DNA from: the human T2T-CHM13v2.0 reference genome, Homo sapiens | DNA length: 64,000 nt | Direction: 5' to 3' (one strand) | Assembly (NCBI RefSeq): GCF_009914755.1 | Contig: NC_060927.1 | In this document: piece after piece, positions 54,711 to 64,000 of the stretch | How the letters are laid out: each line of letters starts with the position of its first letter | How positions within the stretch are numbered: the first letter of the stretch is position 1 | Position numbers and translations under genes: made by a program | The notes under the pieces: model-generated | What the model was told of the DNA's origin: nothing | Seen by the model: the letters and a program-made list of their open reading frames with translations, nothing else | The model's database searches: none

Positions 54711-54897
54711 TATTATTTTTAAAAAGTACACTTATATATACTCTAGGATTGGGACAAAGGTTAAGAAATATTCTGCATGTTCATCATTATCAATGTTTTT
54801 CTTTTGGATATATTAAATATCAATGGGAGATTTGTCAGCAATAGTTTATATTAATGACTTTTTTGTTTTGGTTTGTGTTTTTTTTAGTTCAGGATCT

Positions 54898-55280
54898 GTT
54901 TTTTATTATTTAATTCTTTTTTAATTGAAAAATTCAACTATATCTATGGTATACAACATTATGTTTTGAAAAATGTATACATCGTGGAATCTCTAAATCA
55001 AGCTAATTAACATATGCATTGCCTCACATACTTATCATTTTGTGATGAGAACACTTAAAATCTACTCTCAGCAATTTTCAAGTATACAATATATTATTAA
55101 TAACTATAGTCACTGTATGACCATAGTTAATATAGTCACAACTATGTTGTATTAGGTTGGTGCAAAAGTATTGCAGTTTTTACCATAGAAAGTAACAGCA
55201 AAAAACCCAATAACTTTTGCACCAACCTAATAAAATAGCTCTATTGAACTCATTCTTCCTGTCTAACTGAAATTTTGTAC
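54898..55280 (-). mobile_element. L1MA-type 3' end fragment containing a MADE1
   Basis: GTGATGAGAACACTTAAAATCTACTCTCAGCAATTTTCAAGTATACAATA. Confidence 0.8.
55152..55230. mobile_element. MADE1 (Hsmar1-derived palindromic MITE)
   Basis: TA|TTAGGTTGGTGCAAAAGT ... ACTTTTGCACCAACCTAA|TA: 18-bp perfect terminal inverted repeats and a TA TSD. Confidence 0.95.
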
Positions 55281-55582
55281 AGTAATGATTCATGGTGCCT
55301 CCATGGCTAGATGTTAATTAAGTGCGCTAACTGAGCTACCAAAAATACTTTACCACAATTATTATTTTTAATGTCAAGAATACATTTGTATGTTTTCATT
55401 TCCTTATTCAAGAAATTATTGAACACCAAATGTTTTTGAAGCATCATTCTAGACAGAGCAAGGATCTAAGAAATGAAAAATAACCCTTGTAGAATACAAA
55501 ATTGAGTGGCCCAAGCAGCATTCTCTTTCATTTGACAAGTATTTCGTGAGAACCTGCTCAACAGCCAGGCACTGTTCTAGGT

Positions 55583-55795
55583 CAGGGGTCAGCAGACATT
55601 TTCTGTGAAGGGCCAGACAGTAAATATTTTAGGGTTTGCGGGCCATGTATAGTTTTTGTCACATATTATTCTCTCAGGTTTTTTACCCCTTTGTTAACCC
55701 TTTAAAAATGTAAAAATCATTCTTCATTCTCAGTTATGAAAAAGACATACCATAGGCCAGATTAAGCCTGTGGGTCATAGTTTGCCAATCCCTAT
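55583..55795. mobile_element. MER58-like MITE within an antisense L2
   Basis: CAGGGGTCAGCAGACATTTTCTGTGAAGGGCCAGACAGTAAATATTTTAGG...TAGTTTGCCAATCCCT. Confidence 0.75.
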
Positions 55796-55845
55796 TCAGG
55801 GTGACAGGGACACAGCAGGGAATAAAACAGACAAAAGTCCCTGCC

Positions 55846-56150
55846 TGCCAGGCGCAGTGGCTCATGCCTCTAATCCCAGCACTTTGGGAGGCCAAGGCAG
55901 GTAGATCGCTTGAGCCCAGGAGTTTGAGACCAGCCTGGGCAACATGGTGAAACCCCGTCTCCACAAAAAAAGACAAAAATTAGCCAGGTATGGTGATGCG
56001 CACCTGTAGTCCCAGCTACCCAGGAGGCTGAGGTGGGAGAATCACTTGAGCCTAGGAGGTGGAGGCTTCAATGAGCCATGATTATGCCACTGCACTCCAG
56101 CCTGGGAGACAGAGCGAGACCTTGTCTCAAAGAAAAACAACAACAACAAA
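55846..56150 (+). mobile_element. AluJb-like
   Basis: Dimeric Alu with a (CAA)n tail. TSD AAAA(G/T)TCCCTGCCT. Confidence 0.9.
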
Positions 56151-57214
56151 AATTCCCTGCCTATGTGGAGATTATATTCTAGCAGAGGGACACATATAAT
56201 AAGAAAATAAATGCTGTAAAATGGGGAGCAATTGTGTCCTACAAAGGAAAATAGTAAGGGCATAAAAAATGATAGGAGAGAACTTTTAACAGAGGGTAGC
56301 CAAAGGTGACATTTAAGCAAAGACCTGAATGAAGTGAGTAAACGAGCACTCTGGTTTCAGATACAGCAAGACTTTCTCAAGTTACATTATTATATGGGGA
56401 ATAGTGTTAACACCATTTGAGCACATTAGAAATAATGTCCAAAACAACAACAATGAACAAACAAAAGTAATTCACAATAAAATGGCCTGCAGTCCCCCAA
56501 ATATTGTAGTCAAGGCAGGTATGACCCTCTGACTACATGATGTAAATGAGAAAGATTCCAACAGGTACTGGAAAAGTCAGCATCTTCTCAAACTTCACTA
56601 ACACCCAGATGCAATTCACAACCTTTTCACACTGAGAAACGTAAACCTGTCTCTTAAAAAATCATTCAAATTCCTCTTTTCCCTGACATATGGCCTGGAG
56701 CTCTGCTTTCCAACCTCTTCTTAATCCATTAGAGGAGTTAACTTTGAGATGAGTTGATCCTTCACTACAGAAGTTTGTTGCAAAGGAGGTGCTGGGTCTC
56801 TGAGGATACAGCTAAAGGGGAAAGCATAACAAGAGCAACTTGATAAACTGGCTAGAAATTTCCGAGGTAGGACAGAGCAGTTGCTGGAGTAGGAACAGAG
56901 GCACTGGGCTAGGAGGAAAATGGGAGAGACCCTTGCTGGGTCTATCATGGAAATGAAGCACTAGCCACAGACAGATTTAATACACAGGCAGAAAGCTTTA
57001 GAGAGAAATGTGGCTGTCTTACGCCCTCCTCTTAACCTCCCTTGGGTTCCAGGGAGAAGCTGTCTATGCCACTGTCTTCTCTCCAAAGAGATGCCTTTGT
57101 TCCCTCAGGCTAAAGTCACCAGAAAAGATGGAGATGGTGAGACTCAAGGACCCCATGGCAAATGGGGCTATGTCAGTGAGCATTCCCTGGACAGAAATCA
57201 AGGTGTTGGCACTT

Positions 57215-57544
57215 TTGGTTGGTTGGTTGAATGATTGAATGACTGATTGATTTATGACAAGGTCTCACATTGCTGCTCAGGCTTTAGTGCAGTGGTGCAA
57301 ACACAGCTCACTGCAGCCCCGACCTCCTGGGTTTAAGTGATCCCCCCACCTCAGCCCCTCCATATAACTGGGACCACAGGCATGTGCCACCATGCCCAAC
57401 TAATTTTTGTATTTGTATCTCAACATGGTGAGATACATTTCACCATGTTGCCCAGGCTAGTCTCGAACTTCTGAGCTCAAGCAATCTACCCACCTCAGCC
57501 TCCCAAATTGCAGGGGCTGCAGGCGTGAGCCACAATGCCCAGCC
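57215..57544 (-). mobile_element. AluJ with a tetranucleotide-patterned tail
   Basis: Antisense Alu with J-type diagnostics. Confidence 0.85.
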
Positions 57545-58286
57545 CACTTACTAGTTTTAGAAAAATCATTTTTAAGTAGTCTCCCTGAGAAATACTTAAG
57601 AAATACAAACACGTGCCTTTAGAAGGTAAATAAAAACTCTTATGTTGTTTCCTTCAATACCCAAAGGCAGAAGCTGGCTGATGACATTCACATATATAGA
57701 ATATAGCCATGGAGAAGGAATAAAGCCCTGGTCCCTCCCATATAGAAAAAGTACAGTTTCACAGCTGGTTTAGCAGTAAACTCTCCTCATGCATGGGGAA
57801 CACTTAGTGATTTGTCCTTGGTAGCACCATGTCTGCCAAAGACCACACTGGGCTTACTGCGCTTGCCCATGGCTAGACTAACCAACCACTCTTGCTTCAG
57901 CTACTATTATTTTCTGTAATACTGAACTAAATGGAGTTTCTTTCTAACCCTGGACTTACCCTATCTCACATTCTGTACCTCTGCTACCAATACGATAGCA
58001 CTATAATCTGTGCAAAAATCTAACATCATTAAAAGGCTTCCATCTTTCCTCTACAAGGCTAAATAGAAGGTGATATTAAAGAATAAAATCCACACACATT
58101 CTCCACAAAACTTTTAATTTGCATTAAGTCCCTGTGGTTTCACAATTGGCTGGCACTGTTCTTACCTTCTTTCCTGACAGGACAAGGCCACCTGACCCAC
58201 AACTAAATCACAATGCGTGACTACCACCCTACACAATTCATACACTGTCACCTCCAGTTGATTTACTAGAGGGGTTTAAGAGGAAC

Positions 58287-64000
<5,714 letters not shown>

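Overview
This is hominoid primate (probably human or great-ape) intronic or intergenic DNA dominated by transposable elements. I could not recognise any host protein-coding exon, RNA gene or CRISPR array, and nearly all ORFs in the track are L1, Alu, LTR or Tigger fragments or short chance ORFs. Main content: a solo LTR12C (ERV9), two full-length but dead L1PA elements (27490-33622 +, 43920-50361 -), a third running off the window edge (58287-64000 -), a truncated L1PA3, a near-complete Tigger1, a piggyBac 'Looper' relic, a MADE1 MITE, and many Alu, MaLR, MER, L2 and MIR copies. Four structures stand out. (1) Both pairs of same-orientation neighbouring L1s share private mutations, including identical frameshifts, although the partners look like different subfamilies. 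This suggests patchy ectopic gene conversion or a sequence-provenance artefact. (2) The L1PA6 contains a 310-bp inverted self-copy. (3) A 29-nt twin-priming inversion flips the YY1 site of a full-length L1. (4) An 11.4-kb nested insertion stack is still bounded by its TSD. Subfamily names and consensus states come from my recall of the consensus sequences and need RepeatMasker/Dfam confirmation.
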